A model generated the notes under the pieces. It was given only the letters and a program-made list of their open reading frames with translations, was not told where the DNA came from and made no database searches. Position numbers and translations under genes: made by a program. From Marsupella aquatica (taxonomy: Eukaryota > Plantae > Marchantiophyta), in assembly GCA_973895155.1 (NCBI GenBank), contig OZ316891.1, forward strand, positions 16,393,551-16,457,550: a DNA stretch of 64,000 bases. The letters are read 5' to 3'. This document shows, piece by piece, positions 22,701 through 34,900 of the stretch (position 1 is the first letter of the stretch; the number at the start of each line of letters is the position of its first letter).

Positions 22701-23770
22701 CATTTTAGTGGGGGGTCACTCATGGGCTTGTTGGGATGAGCTCGCGGAGCTGATTCCAACAAGAGGCGGCGCTCCTCAAACGGAGCCAGGATGAGCAAGT
22801 TATGGCCTGGAGAACTTATGTTTTTGCGGTACGGAAACGGCCATAACTCAGGCGTCTGAAGTCCGTTGAGGGAGCGACTTAGTGATTCGGAAGCAGGAAA
22901 AGAAGAGCTATCCAGGGGTGAGCTCAGGTGTGCACTTGGAAGGGCACCTAGTTTCGGCCATTTTGGGGTGCCTCTCACTTTCAGGGTTCACGTGTACTGT
23001 TGGGGCGCCGTCGAAGGCACCGTCGGCCCCCTTGTTTTGGGTTTAGGGTTTTAGCAGCATGTGTGTGCCGCATGCTCCTCTTCAGTTTAAGGATTTCTCT
23101 TAGTGCAAGGTTTTAGCGGCGCCGCTAGGGTAGCCGCCACCGTTGTGACCCTGTGAGGGGTGCTTTGGTGTGATTTTTCAGTATTTAGGGGGATAGCCCC
23201 GAAGTAGTTAGGGGGACTCAGTGTGAAGTTAGCAAGGAGGGATAGAGTGGAGCCTGAGGAGTTTGAAAGCGTGTTCAGAGTAGTGAGGGGGAGCCATACT
23301 CATTGTCCGGAGAGGCAGGAGTTGAGTAGACGGCAGGAGGCCGGGTTACTCATGCAATGTGTATCGTTTTTCCCAAGAGATATGGATCTGTACATTTGAC
23401 TTGATGGGCTTTTGTTGTGTGTTCCTTCTCCCTTTTTCGCTTTCCGAATTGTGTTCTCCCGTTCTATGATTTGAAGAAACTTGCTTGGTTTGAGTCGGCC
23501 TTGTGAGTAGGGGTGGTGACAGCACTCTTTGGGTGACTCCGAGTGAAGGTGTAGTGGGGTAGTCGGCAGGACTTGATCAAAAGCTGTGGGGTGAGGGTAG
23601 TCGGTAGACTTGATCAAAACCTACATTTCCGGGAGCGGAAACCAAAATACTCATCCTGGTGTGAAAAGAATCCAAATAGCGTCCCTCCACGACCCCGTAA
23701 TACGATACCAACGGTTTAAGCGAAGAAAAGTGCGGTTTGCACGTATTAACCGTTGGAGAGGCAAGTGACA
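19693..23770 (+). repeat. 3' LTR of element A (4078 bp)
   Basis: Direct repeat of 8947-13074, followed by the TSD. Confidence 0.96.
20803..22659 (+). CDS. LTR-encoded accessory protein, 618 aa, second copy
   Basis: Same as 10107-11963 except one R>H change (IFRRI vs IFHRI). Confidence 0.8.
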   Translation: MLDQPEFSASRIRRYKAAYRDYVETRITREREEREVMMSTGLAAGSSPVGRKIFHRIYPKTSTKVMEDCRNIFQATGLTEFMKVEITIPSGKSWDIEAGMEFRTEGIYFECLKRVVPHVELAKLLFLENQKFSFTPRNIRGELTLKMVATWVTNPTSTTAIPLSAVKDVEYKGFLAKVHQRVLGNVQSGVLNEEHFVVAMDIKNYPAHVYGWWCYGLKKLLAAEPGSVKPGGAVHLMGSFVLARAEGLIGSPGHEDTGSSLTTEIRSIATTVLGKLTEESLSAGGEDNREEENQEDDCTLEWLESLVGDPKQPLEYNIPDVYLAELRDFREGVHEGLKLVHALRESLKHATVKVETLEQSILSLKEVIKTKEQTIHEKVRHINAAHVEITNLKGALSTKAKEAEEVGALRQALAKEKQNSGEVMEWRNQVGALRSQVAAFETRAKRSEALSLGKRKSPGTPGSTLSPDVISQAIEMVVKEVSGKYGPLLDGAKKSQEKSKSLEKKLREVRKSLREAQVSTGMPPRSVTPGTPMATGQVLPLELRSGEEATLWKDTIGEGYIKAWQALAALRKRGSSSTKSTPSKKKKSTVALTPVSDEEEDHSRGTSPGTESEEEEED

Positions 23771-23775
23771 CCTAG

Positions 23776-24931
23776 TAGCGCTTCAGGGAGTACCAAGGCA
23801 GGAGACAATAACAAATTTGGTAAAGTAGAAGTGACTTTCGATGGTTGGATAACTCCGAACAGTGGAGGCATTGAAGGCGCCTGTTTCTTGTAAGCAGAAG
23901 GGCAAGAAGGTCCCTAAGATTGGTAACCTGCTATGATTCAGTAGTTTACATTTGAAAAGTGCATGGAGTTTTGTGAAGCTTAAGTTGTGAAAGGTAAACT
24001 TTTCTGTACGAACTAGTTGGAAGAACAAAATCTGAAGTGACATCATGATTGATGTATTAGGTGATTCAAAGACAAATAATCAGAAAGATGGGCCCAGTGC
24101 CTCAGTGACCATAGCCAAGGAGGTATCAGGTAAGGTAAGCTTATGCTTTAAATTCCTCTATATGAATGTTGTGAGACAATTCATTAGTTAATAGATTCAA
24201 CCTGAATATTGTGGCTGTTCATAATGGTAAGGTGATAGTGACAACTTTGTGGTTGGTCACATGTACATTTAGTACATGTGATTAGTGATTGACTTATGTT
24301 GGATAATGCACTGAATTGTAGTTGATGCAGACTTGACAGAGTCTCAACCAAGTGGGAGCAAGGTGAAGCGAGGTCGGAACTTGGGAGCAACATTGGATGT
24401 AAGTAAGATTGTAGATGCTTCAATTGAAGCAAGTACAATGTTGGCAGATACTGAGATCATGTCGCAGGGAAATCCCGCTACACAATCGGCAGTGTCAAAT
24501 ATGGATGCAGATTCTTTGAAGAAGAGTGTCCCCAATTCTTGATCACTAGCACAAAACACTCGTGCCAAAGTGATGACTCGCAACCAAGGTATGAACAATG
24601 TCATGTATAAGTCACCCAAAAAAGCCAAGAAAAACAGCCAGGGTAAGGTGGAGGTGATAGCCACAGCAGAGCCAGTCCATAATCTTCTATCATGGGAGGA
24701 TGACTCACAGGTATGTATGGGTACAGGCATTTTGCGACCAGATCATGCTAAATTCCATGGCAAAGTGGTCCCAGATGACCATGTAGTAGTGTTGTTGACT
24801 ACAGTCATTGTATCTAATTGTAATTTGCCATTTCTGAATAGAGCAGATGATCCACCTCATGAAGTAATTGCAAATGAAATTATAGGATCTCTTGTGCTCT
24901 AGCCATCAGAGTGTGTTTGTCTCCCAAAGTG
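23776..24931 (+). pseudogene. 3' exons of the CACTA TnpA-like gene
   Basis: The terminal exon FHGKVVPDDHVVVLLTTV..LPF..IIGSLVL*P resembles the C-terminal domain of En/Spm TNP1-like proteins; GT-AG introns upstream. Confidence 0.55.
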
Positions 24932-27242
24932 ACTGAATGCAAATGTAGATAGAATCATGTGAATTGTGTTACATTTTGATATTGCCTTGGAAAGATCCAA
25001 GAAAGACATGTACCAATTTTGAATTTGGTAAAGAGGATGAAAGAGCCGTTGTCATTATGTGTGACATGTATATTTTTGAATTCTGTGTGTATGTATGAAA
25101 CAAGTGATTGATGTCAAACTATGGCTATATGGTGATTGTCTATGATACTTGAATATGTTTTGTATCATTTATGATTAGTGTGTATGGTATAGAAGAATGC
25201 TTTGTGACCTATCATGCTGGTCTATGATGTTTGAATCTGTCCTTTCATATTAGTGTACATGGTATAGAAGAATTGAAGGCTTTATGAAACTCTATGTGTT
25301 CTAATGTTAACATGGTGAATGGTGAGTTTATAGAGTGAGTATACACAAAATAACATGAATGGAATCATGTGTTATTTGTGCACAAGAATGAGGTAGTATA
25401 GCGGGGACATCACTCATTTCCAGTTGACATTCAGAAAGACTTATACATACCCCACAAAGTATCTCCTTTAGTCGTTTTATGTGATGCCTAGCCAGGAATC
25501 ACTCGGCCAGTTAAGTGGGTAAAGCAGGAGTGCACCCTAGAAACACCTTAGTATAGGGACAAAACAAGGAAAATATAAACAATTAGGGGCGACTATGGAA
25601 CCCGGGCCGAGGCCGGAGGTAAGGACGCTAGGGGTGAAAACAAGATTAGGGTTAGGGCGCGCTAAGCATCGGCAGCTAGGAAGGATCAATGGGAGAAAGG
25701 ACCGGAAGAGGAGAGGGGTAAGGAGCGCTTGCAGGAGATGGTGGCTCATTTGCGAGCACAAACTAGGCAGACGACTACGGGAGGCCAACTACTGTCAGCT
25801 GCTTAGGCAAGCACTCGGGGAGAGAGTAGATACCGACGATCGACCTAAGGAGGGTATGAGCAACGTCAATCAAGCGGCACATTTCTGGGGATGCCTGTTC
25901 AAACGGGCAACTGAGTACATCAAGACTTACGAGGACGAAGAACCAGAAAGGGCAGCTCGAGAACGACAGGAGCTCGCTCGATTGTGGGAGCTGCAGAAGA
26001 CAGCTTTCTTAGGAGGCGAACTCATCAAGGCCGAGTTCTTGTGGACTCCTACTTCCAATCAGCTTGACGATCTTCTGTTTTGCGAAGACAGAATCATCGG
26101 CATTCGAGAGGCCATCAAGAATTGCAACGACATACACTAGGAATTGAAGGGTAGCACGGAAAGGTGGACCCAGGCAACGGTGCTAGGAGAAACCTCCACG
26201 GTAGCCGAGATGAAGAGGAAGGAGCCGTCAACGATGAAGCCACCCCGGCAAAAAGAACAAGGTCGGCGGCACCAAAGAAGCCAGCCGAGCAGCAGAACAG
26301 GAGGCAGGGAGAAGCCGAAGAGGAGGAGGTCGATCCCATCAATGCCATTCCAACCAGGGATGACACCTGGAAGGGCTGGGCGGCAACCCTACCAGCGGAG
26401 GTGCAACTACATTTTGCACGGGAGGAGGATGCATGCTTTACGGCCATGCAGACCAAGAGGTACCAAGGCTTCATGGCCGGATCCGGCTTAGAGGCCTTTG
26501 TAAGATTACCATGGCTGAAGCCGGGTATAGCAGTGGAGACAGGAAACAGGAAACAGTTTTCCTGTTACCAGGTAATTTCTCCTGGTAACAGGAAATTGTT
26601 ATTGTAAAAGTGTACTATTTGGCAAAGTTTTTCTAAAATTCACGTAAGGAACAACCACATACTTAAGCTAAAAATATTCCTACTGGCATAAGACACGATG
26701 TCAGATCTAAGGGAAAAGTGTGCTCACAGTTGCTCGGAGAGGTTCCAATCCATTGTCACTTGCTCAGATTATAGATAAAAAAGGGTTGTCATTCAATTCA
26801 CTGTTGTTTAAATACAACAACATTTCTAAATAGTCCACTTTTAAATGCTTCATTTAGTTCATATACTTCATTAGTGTGGTTAAAAAAAGGCTAACCATAA
26901 TACCCATGGAGGAATGGAGTATGCTCAGGCGAGACCCACCACAAAGCCAGTTGTGGACTGAATTATGTTATCGGAAACATAGGGGTCTGTCAGGCAGAGT
27001 GTGAAACTAGCGCCAGGCGCTAACAAAGGATTAAGTACGCAGAATAATGGGACGATAATAAAAGCTTATGGAACCATCCAATGGCAATAACCACAAAAAA
27101 CAAAATTTTATAAATAAGTTATTGACCAGCGCCCGACGCTAACCAAAACCACATAAAAAACTAAAGTAATATCCGTTGACTAAAGACAAAACAACATAGT
27201 ATCCGTTATGGAATACGATAGTTAAGGATAAATCGTGTCCCT

Positions 27243-30200
27243 CTATAAACCATTTGCGTTGTGCCTCTCCAACACAAGTCTGACTTCTCCAACTGTCAAA
27301 ATCGGCTGGCTACACAGGGTAGACTCCTCTACATGAAACTTGAAGACATTTATGAACACCCAGTACAAATGTTTACAGGGCATATACGGCTTGCCGCGGG
27401 AATGACGACGAAAGAAATCCTCACAGGAACAAGTAGGGAAGATGCACATTTGGACAAAGTAAGTGTTTGGCGATCGAAGGTTCTCGTGAGTCCGTATTCT
27501 GAATTGTTTCCCATAAGCAATTCCACTAATCACATCCCACTCTCCATCCAGAGTCATAGCTTCTTTTCGAGCCGACTCCATTCGTTTACTATGAGCCACA
27601 GTTAGATTAGAGCGAGGTCTGGAGTTCCTCCCATTCCTGCTACGAAGGCGCACGTTGGGCTCCGAAAAATTGATTTTCTCTGGAAATGTGTTAACATTGA
27701 TTCTCAAGTCGAATGCAAATGGTGCAGTTCGAGTTCGAGAGGGCGTAGCTGTTTGGACCATAGAGACTCCCTGTGCTTGAAGGTACTCTATCTCTCCAGG
27801 CGAAAGGTTTGTTCCTTTCACAACTGGCAGGATGTCCGGTACAGGAGGAAGGCGTTCAACACCACGACGCGGGCGGCTCTTGTAGCATGTGCTGTTTGGG
27901 CAGAACCATATCATTTCGGCAATGGGAGTTCCTCTGAAAATCCGATGTCCGTTGACAACAATGCCGACAACACCGGCAGCAGAATGCAACCCTATTTTCT
28001 TGACACAATTTCGACACTCATCTCTGTCAGAATTTCCATGCAAGGTCCCATTACACTGTGGCCCTGCCCCATATTTGGCCGTCCGTCTCAAATGCCAGCT
28101 TCCTCTTGGAACGTCCATTTCCAATGGAGCTAATTCTGCCGGCAAACGTTGAACCACAGCGGGGGCATTGCGTGGTTGTTGAGATGATGTTCTTTCCCTC
28201 GTGGCTTCAGGGGTGTTCGCAAGGGAATCGCTTTCACTTGTTGAAGTGTCACTCCCGCAGAGGTCTACTACAGGATCTACTACATTGGCGGGAATGGAAG
28301 TGAACTCAGTCTTGTTGAAATTCTTCCGTTTGAATCCTCGAGTATTTGGGGTAGTGATGAGAATGGTGTCATGCCGATGGGAGTCTTGTGGCGAGACAAT
28401 CCCAGTTGCAAGTCCCTTCCTCTTAACCGATTTGGTGACAATATCTCCATTCAGAGGAGAATTCCTACCCAGATCAAAATCGGCAGAGTTGGAAAGAATC
28501 ATGTTAGTGGCTTCTTCGAATAACTTGGGTGAACCTGCTTGGTCTGCCGAACGGAATGCCAATTCCCAGATAGTTGGCCCCTTCCCTCTATTGAGTCCTT
28601 TCCGATATGCACTGTAACCTGCAACTTGAGATATAGCCCGATTTTGATCAACTTCGCATGCTTCGAAGAGGCCCACCATTTTTTTGGTTGCCCATGCTTT
28701 CATTGAAGCGTGCCTTGACTCAGAACCTGTACAGTTTGGAATGAGGGCACCTTCTTCTGTGCTTTTGCTCTGCAATGAAGTGGATCCAGACCAACTTTAG
28801 TCAATTTGTTTAAGCAGCGCCAGGCGCTAGCAATGTATATAATATATATTACGGTAATGTTGGTATTATCAAGTGTTCATAAGTCATGAATGTGGCAAAG
28901 TTCTCTGTACAATTTAAAGTAGCGCCAGGCGCTAGCATTGTGTATGATGTAATAATATAATGTTGGCATCTGTACAGTTAAAAGCAGCGCCAGGCGCTAG
29001 TAAAAAACCTGGCGAAGTGACTATTGTAAGCATTGATAAAACTTACCACGCGAATGAAATTCCCCCACTGACGCCATCGAACGACCCACCATGATATCCA
29101 ACTCTGCAACATCATTAGTTTCCCTGGAATACAGTTGCCTGCTTGCCACCATAACACAATCTCCCTAGAAACTCGGTACGCAGCAACGAATGATGGAGCA
29201 TTTTGCAATTTCTCCCACAGTCTTAGATGTTCAGGTTGCCTACCCTCGAGTACTCCCTCGGTGGAATGTCGATGGAAAGACTGGTAAAAGTGGAATGCAT
29301 CAGAGCGTTCACGTTCAGGGTCTGGGTGACCCCCAAAAAAGACATTGCGAACGGCAATCCATCCAGCCTGAGCATTGTCGGCCATAAAACCTTGAATGGT
29401 AACCTCATGTAACCCATTTTCCTTACAAACCTCTATCATAATTCTCCATGCCTTCTCAAAGGACTCTGTGTCTTCAGCTTTTAGTTCGCATGTGAATATT
29501 GTACAAAGAGCTCGAAAGTTGTGATCGTAAACGTGTGCGCTAAAAGTAAACCAGTCGGTTGTCACTCGCTTCATGACATCAAAACTCACCCAAGCCCCTT
29601 CCAGTCTTCCGCCAGGTTGCATCTGACGTAAAAGATCTACACCAGATCCATGACCCTTCACTGACATTTTGAATATGTGGGGACGATCTGCTAAACAACC
29701 CTGACCCGGAAGAAGATACCTTTGGAGAAAAGAAATATTATTTGACCTTTGCATTCGAGCTAGGAAATCTAACTCACCACGACCAGCCTGGTCCATTCGA
29801 ACGCTGCGACAAAGGGACGCAAATTTCTGAGGAGTAGATAGAACCATGAGAGACTTCCAAATTTCGGTTTCTTCAATATCTACGATGTCGTCAACGTTCT
29901 CGCAAAGAGCTTTCACAAGCGAACCAGTCGCCGAATTCAAAATCCCAGCCGGTTTCGCAAGAGGATTAGCTTTGTGATTTCTTTTTATTAAGTCCTCGGC
30001 CATCTTTTCAGCACTCCTCGAGAAAACTTTTCTACTCGGATGATTATGTTCACCTATATGTACCGCGAGCCGAGACATGTGACTACAGGTTGTTGTATCA
30101 AGTAGGACCTGTGGATACATATAGAACAAGCGAGCAGGGCAAGAGTCCACACAAAAAGGAATCTTTTCATAGTAGTGACATACTATACCACCCTCTTCAA

Positions 30201-31035
30201 TGAGCGAACCCACCACATGCTGGCCACTAAGCTTAGGGGTACCAGCCCACGCTTTAGAATTGCATCTCTTCTTTCGCAAAAAATATTCACAAGAATTGTT
30301 CCTGCACTCGACAAACCCAGTACAACTGACTTTACCAAACTCCCAGTGTTTCTTTGGTTGCACGTTTACGGTCGTCGGAAAAATCCTGGTCCAAATGTAA
30401 CAATCTTTGGCACGATCCATGTCACGAAGTCTAGATCCTTTGGACTGCATTCCCACAATGGGAGGCAATTCAAATACAATATTTCCGTTGTACTTGTTTG
30501 GCAAACAAGGAACTTGATCGTGTCTAAAGTCCCCTGCCGACATAAATCTTGACAATTCACTATGGCCGGTGGCCTTGAGTAAGGCGTCCATTGCACTCCG
30601 CCTGTAAACCTTCTGGACATCTGCAGTGGAAGTGGCCACCGGTTCACTCTTAAGGCAACTAGAGCTTGGAGCTTTGTGCTTCTCAGGAGGATTGGGCGCA
30701 ACTTCCTCATCTTCACTCTCAGATATTTCAACAACCTGGGGCGGAATGTCCTGAACAACCGATTGAAGAGGAGTAGGTCTGACATGAAGCGTGTAACGAA
30801 GTCCTACATTCATGTGCCAGAAACATATTCCGTCATCCACATCAAATGCCGCAGCTGGTTCATGTCCTCCACTCGATGACTCCTCAGGAACAATCGACAG
30901 AATGTCATTGATTCTCAAATCGAATCTCCCGCACAGATAGTTCTCGCTTACTTGCCTGTAAGTATCAGAAACCTGCACGGGAACTTTGATGACTTCCCGG
31001 GTACAAGCACGTGTAATAACAATTGAGCGCGACAT
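27243..31035 (-). CDS. Mutator-like transposase, ~1171 aa, 2 exons (31035-29047, 28769-27243)
   Basis: GCM/WRKY-like Zn domain (CTGFVECRNNSC..CPARL..GEHNHP); candidate DDE residues in SFDVMK, MADNAQ, GSESRH; DAFH at the CxxH position; C-terminal SWIM (CSCEDF..CKHL). A phase-0 GT-AG intron joins the two ORFs. Confidence 0.82.
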
Positions 31036-31961
31036 TGTAGACGAAAGAAGTTTAGGGCAGAAGTAATTCATGCAATAGCCCAATCCCAACCGTATTTCTT
31101 GTGCTTATAACACCCCTTCGAGGACCACCGGCCGTTGAAAGAGACGTTTCAATACGACATAGAACACGCACAACTTTGCGTCCGTTGAAATCATAAATGA
31201 TACATTTGTCGTTTTTTCCCGTCAAGTGTGGGTGTCAGGAATATTTATTACATGAATACGACTAGATAGTAGTCTATACAAGTGCGTCCATTTCATTAGC
31301 GTCGGGCGCTACCTAAAAGCCATTGTAATAACAATGACATAATTTGAAAAGTATTATGACTAGCGCCTGGCGCTAGCATAATTACACACGAAATATTTTT
31401 GCAAATATAGTAAAATTTTACTAGCGCCAGGCGCTACTATTGATACAATAAATTTAATCTCATAATATTAAGTAAAATTTGGTTACTACAGGTGAAACAG
31501 GTACATTTAGGAGTTTGTTGACAATATATGTTGCTTAGAAAGAATGTTAATGAAATTATTCAAATGGCTAGCGCCGGGCGCTAGCATTTGTTCACCAATA
31601 AGTTCTTCAATTTGGTAGTCTCTTATTCATTAGCGCCCGGCGCTGGCATTGCATGTTTGTCCGCAAGGTGTTGAGACAACGGTAACTTTTAACGGTAACT
31701 AATGTTCAACATGATTATCACGCAAACATTTTAGCGTAGTTCACATTAATACTTATCGCAATTTCTAAGTTGTCGCTTTCCGTCACTAATAAATTAAATT
31801 GAATCTTGTCGTTCGCAATGAGTAACATCTCTCCAACCGATTACAAAGAGGGGAATAGCGCTCATTGATCGGATATAATACGGACGCAACTGTTAATATG
31901 GTACGGAGAATTGGTAATTAGTTGTGAGGATTCCGTTCGTACACCTTTCATCGTAAAGACG

Positions 31962-34900
31962 ATGGATGCAATCCCCTCCTCGTCGAGGGGGTATAGTGTG
32001 GTTGGGGATCAGGATCGTGGGTATTGCGAGTCTTCTGAGTCTTCATTCTCTGGTTCAGTGTATACACGTCGAGTAACGAGGTCCACCGCATCGCTTGTTC
32101 GAATCTCAAGTATTTCGTTTGCCAAACCAGCGAGAAAGAAGATGGAGAATCTTGACACATTTGCAATTCAAGATGTTTCGTTTTCCGAGACGGATCTTAT
32201 TTCAAAACATGTCATGTCGTTTGGGAAGGATTTCAGAGGGTTTGACAAAGAGCCTCCGCGAATTCCACTATGTCGATTGGTGCATATGGAGGTTGTCCGA
32301 ACTCTACAGAAAGACAGTTCTTCCATCGACAAGCTAAAAGACTCTTTCCGTAGCATGGGATACAATTCTTCGATTGGAATGAGGTTTTACGTTCAGCCTA
32401 CCAATGCTGAGGGAGCGCTTCTCACCTGTACTCAAGAAATTCATGAGAGTTGGGATCCAATATGGACATATGAGAACGAGAAATTCGAGGAAGAATGTGC
32501 TGCCGACCCAGATTTTCTAGTTTTGAAAGACATAATGTTCTCAATTTTTGACGGGAACCATAGGCTTTACTCGTGGACTCTTGTCACTCAAGAGAGTCCC
32601 GAAAACCCAAAGTACCACCCGCGTGTGCTTTGTACTATTTTTAATGGTGACAAGGGTTCTCTGATAGAAATTGAAGCGGCTATGCACACCGTTAACCAGT
32701 AAGATACCCTTTTGTGCAGAACTTCGTGAGTCATTATGAATTGTTCATTCTTTCTAGCATAACTTTTTGAGGCAATTTTTTGCTAGCGCCCGACGCTGCT
32801 TATATGTTCTCATTTCGTTCTTTTATTTCAGGCTAGGACAAGCAGTTGTGGAACCCTCCTGGATCCTAGATGCCGATCGAATTAAGCGGGTCTTGATGCA
32901 CGACCTGGAGTACTATAGTAAGCTCATCGACCCTGCAAATTACAAGAAGTTTGAGCAGATCAAGGTGAAGACGCGAAAAGGATCCTGGTACACAAAGAAG
33001 ATGCCTCAGGAGGCTCTTTTGTACATTCTATGTCAGGATAAGATTAAGTCGTATTCGAATCAGTTCAAGATTGACATGGAGTCCGCTGCGACCCTCGGTA
33101 CCCCTTGGTCGGTCGAGGAGGTTTCCAGAAGGCATGCCGTTATGATGAAGGAAGCAACCAAGGAATGGGCAGTTAAGACCTCAAAAATCACTCCTTTGTT
33201 GAGTCCAGAGTTTGAGGACTTTCTATCTATGTGCGCAGAGATGTATGCTATCACGGAGAGGAATAAGCGAGAGAAGAAACCAGATACCGTGTTGTGTACC
33301 ATGGACCAGGCCAGGCTTTTTACAGCTGTTTCGGCTCTTGACGCCAAGCTACGAAGTACTTTGCTTGTAGCACATTGCAATCCGGAGCTCCGGAGACAAT
33401 TCTTCCATCCGAATAGCGTCAATGATGATCCAGTCAAACAATGGTGTCACACTTGGATTACATGGAATAATGTAGAAGGGATTGCGGTGGGGATGTTGCA
33501 ATGTGCTCTACGAGAGGTCCAACAAACCATTCCCGTGAATCGCTTACAAGATTGGGCATGTGAATCATTCGAATCTCTCATTGAAATAGTTACGAATGAT
33601 TTTAGGAAATACGGTGACTCTGTCAAGGGTAAGTTTTTTAATACAATGTGGCCCTCGAAGTATCCTGACAAAGAGGATTATTCTTTGAAGAACCAGAAGC
33701 GAGCAAAACGGTATCTCTACCGTTTTTACATCCACATGGAGGCTACCAATCCTGATTACTGTTGGGCGTATCCCGCAGCCTTCCTCAAGTGGACTGTCAT
33801 ACCGGAGAGTAATTCTTTACTTGAATTGTATTCTATGTATCCTACCGAGGGAATTTTCCCAGCAAGACCTTTGAGTGAATGGGAGAGAACCCATTGTCCA
33901 TGGTACCTGGATACAGATAGATGGGACTCTCCCTTTGATCACAGAGAAAAGGATGCTTTCCATAAGCTGTCTAAGTCCCAGATTCCAGTCAACGTTGTTT
34001 CTGACATGAAGCAGGGGCTTTTGGATGATGTGGATCAATCCACAACAGAATTGCAAACAATATGCGAGACAACAATTGTTCATGTTGACCGAAGCAGGAA
34101 GCCCCGCGCCAAAGCAAAAGCAGATACTACGGCCCCAAGTGAATCAACAAGATCTGGGAAAAAACGTAAGTATAATTTGTTTCCTTTGGTTAGCGCCCGG
34201 CGCTGCTATGGCAGTCAATATCTATCAATATCATTTGGTTAGCGCCCAGCGCTGCTTATGTCCAAATTTGTTACATTGTTAGCGCCTGGCGCTGTTATGA
34301 GAGTCATTGTTTTAGAAATAGAATTGGTATTTATTACTCGGAAAGATGTATATTTAAGGCCAAGTCTTATGATAGTTTGGCCAGCGCTGGGCGTTAGCAT
34401 TGTCGTTGTCTCTTTATTGACGGATATCACGTCGACATCCATTTGAACAGGAAGAAAGTCGGACGCCGTGGGGAGCGGAGATACAAAGATAGATGCCACC
34501 CCAGAGGCTTCAGAAGCCAATACCGGAGCACCATCCGATCCAATTACTCCCACCAACAAAGGGAAGGCGATCGCTCCAGTGGATGCTACCAGTACAAGGA
34601 AGAAGAGAAAAAGGACCATTGAAGGTGGATCTTCTTCTCGAGAAAGTGCTGCTGCTGTAGGTCTTCAACGCGAAGTCGGGGACTTCAAGAGTAGACTTTC
34701 AAGGCATTGCCTTGTTGAATCTAGCATCTCAGAATTCTATGACTCAACGTTTAACAAAGGGGAGAAGCCTGACAGGGTGAATGGTGTAGAGAAGTGGGGA
34801 AAGGATCTCATGAAGTCTGGCTTTCGAGAGAAGGGCGTTGTGCGTGGTGGAAAGGAGAGATCGTTTGGGGTCCACGCGGGTTTCATTTACCTTCCAACAG

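Larger units (their letters stand above)
8947..23770 (+). mobile_element. Intact Ty3/Gypsy LTR retrotransposon A (non-chromovirus, Athila/Tat-like)
   Basis: TG...CA LTRs, 5-bp TSD CCTAG (8942-8946 and 23771-23775), PBS, PPT, uninterrupted gag-pol in PR-RT-RH-INT order, no chromodomain. Confidence 0.97.

Noticed and set aside
25250-25479. CACTA 3' terminus
   Set aside because: TAGTG occurrences lack subterminal repeat context and the 5' end is outside the window, so no TIR/TSD can be verified.
27243-31035. KDZ/Zisupton assignment (SWIM finger, 8-bp TSD)
   Set aside because: No recognisable KDZ CxC/catalytic motifs; the D..D..FH..ES.H pattern and GCM-like domain fit Mutator better. Not formally excluded without a search.
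31297-31645. Palindrome cluster as a CRISPR array
   Set aside because: Repeats are only ~15-17 bp, spacing is irregular (60-150 bp), no cas genes, eukaryotic context.
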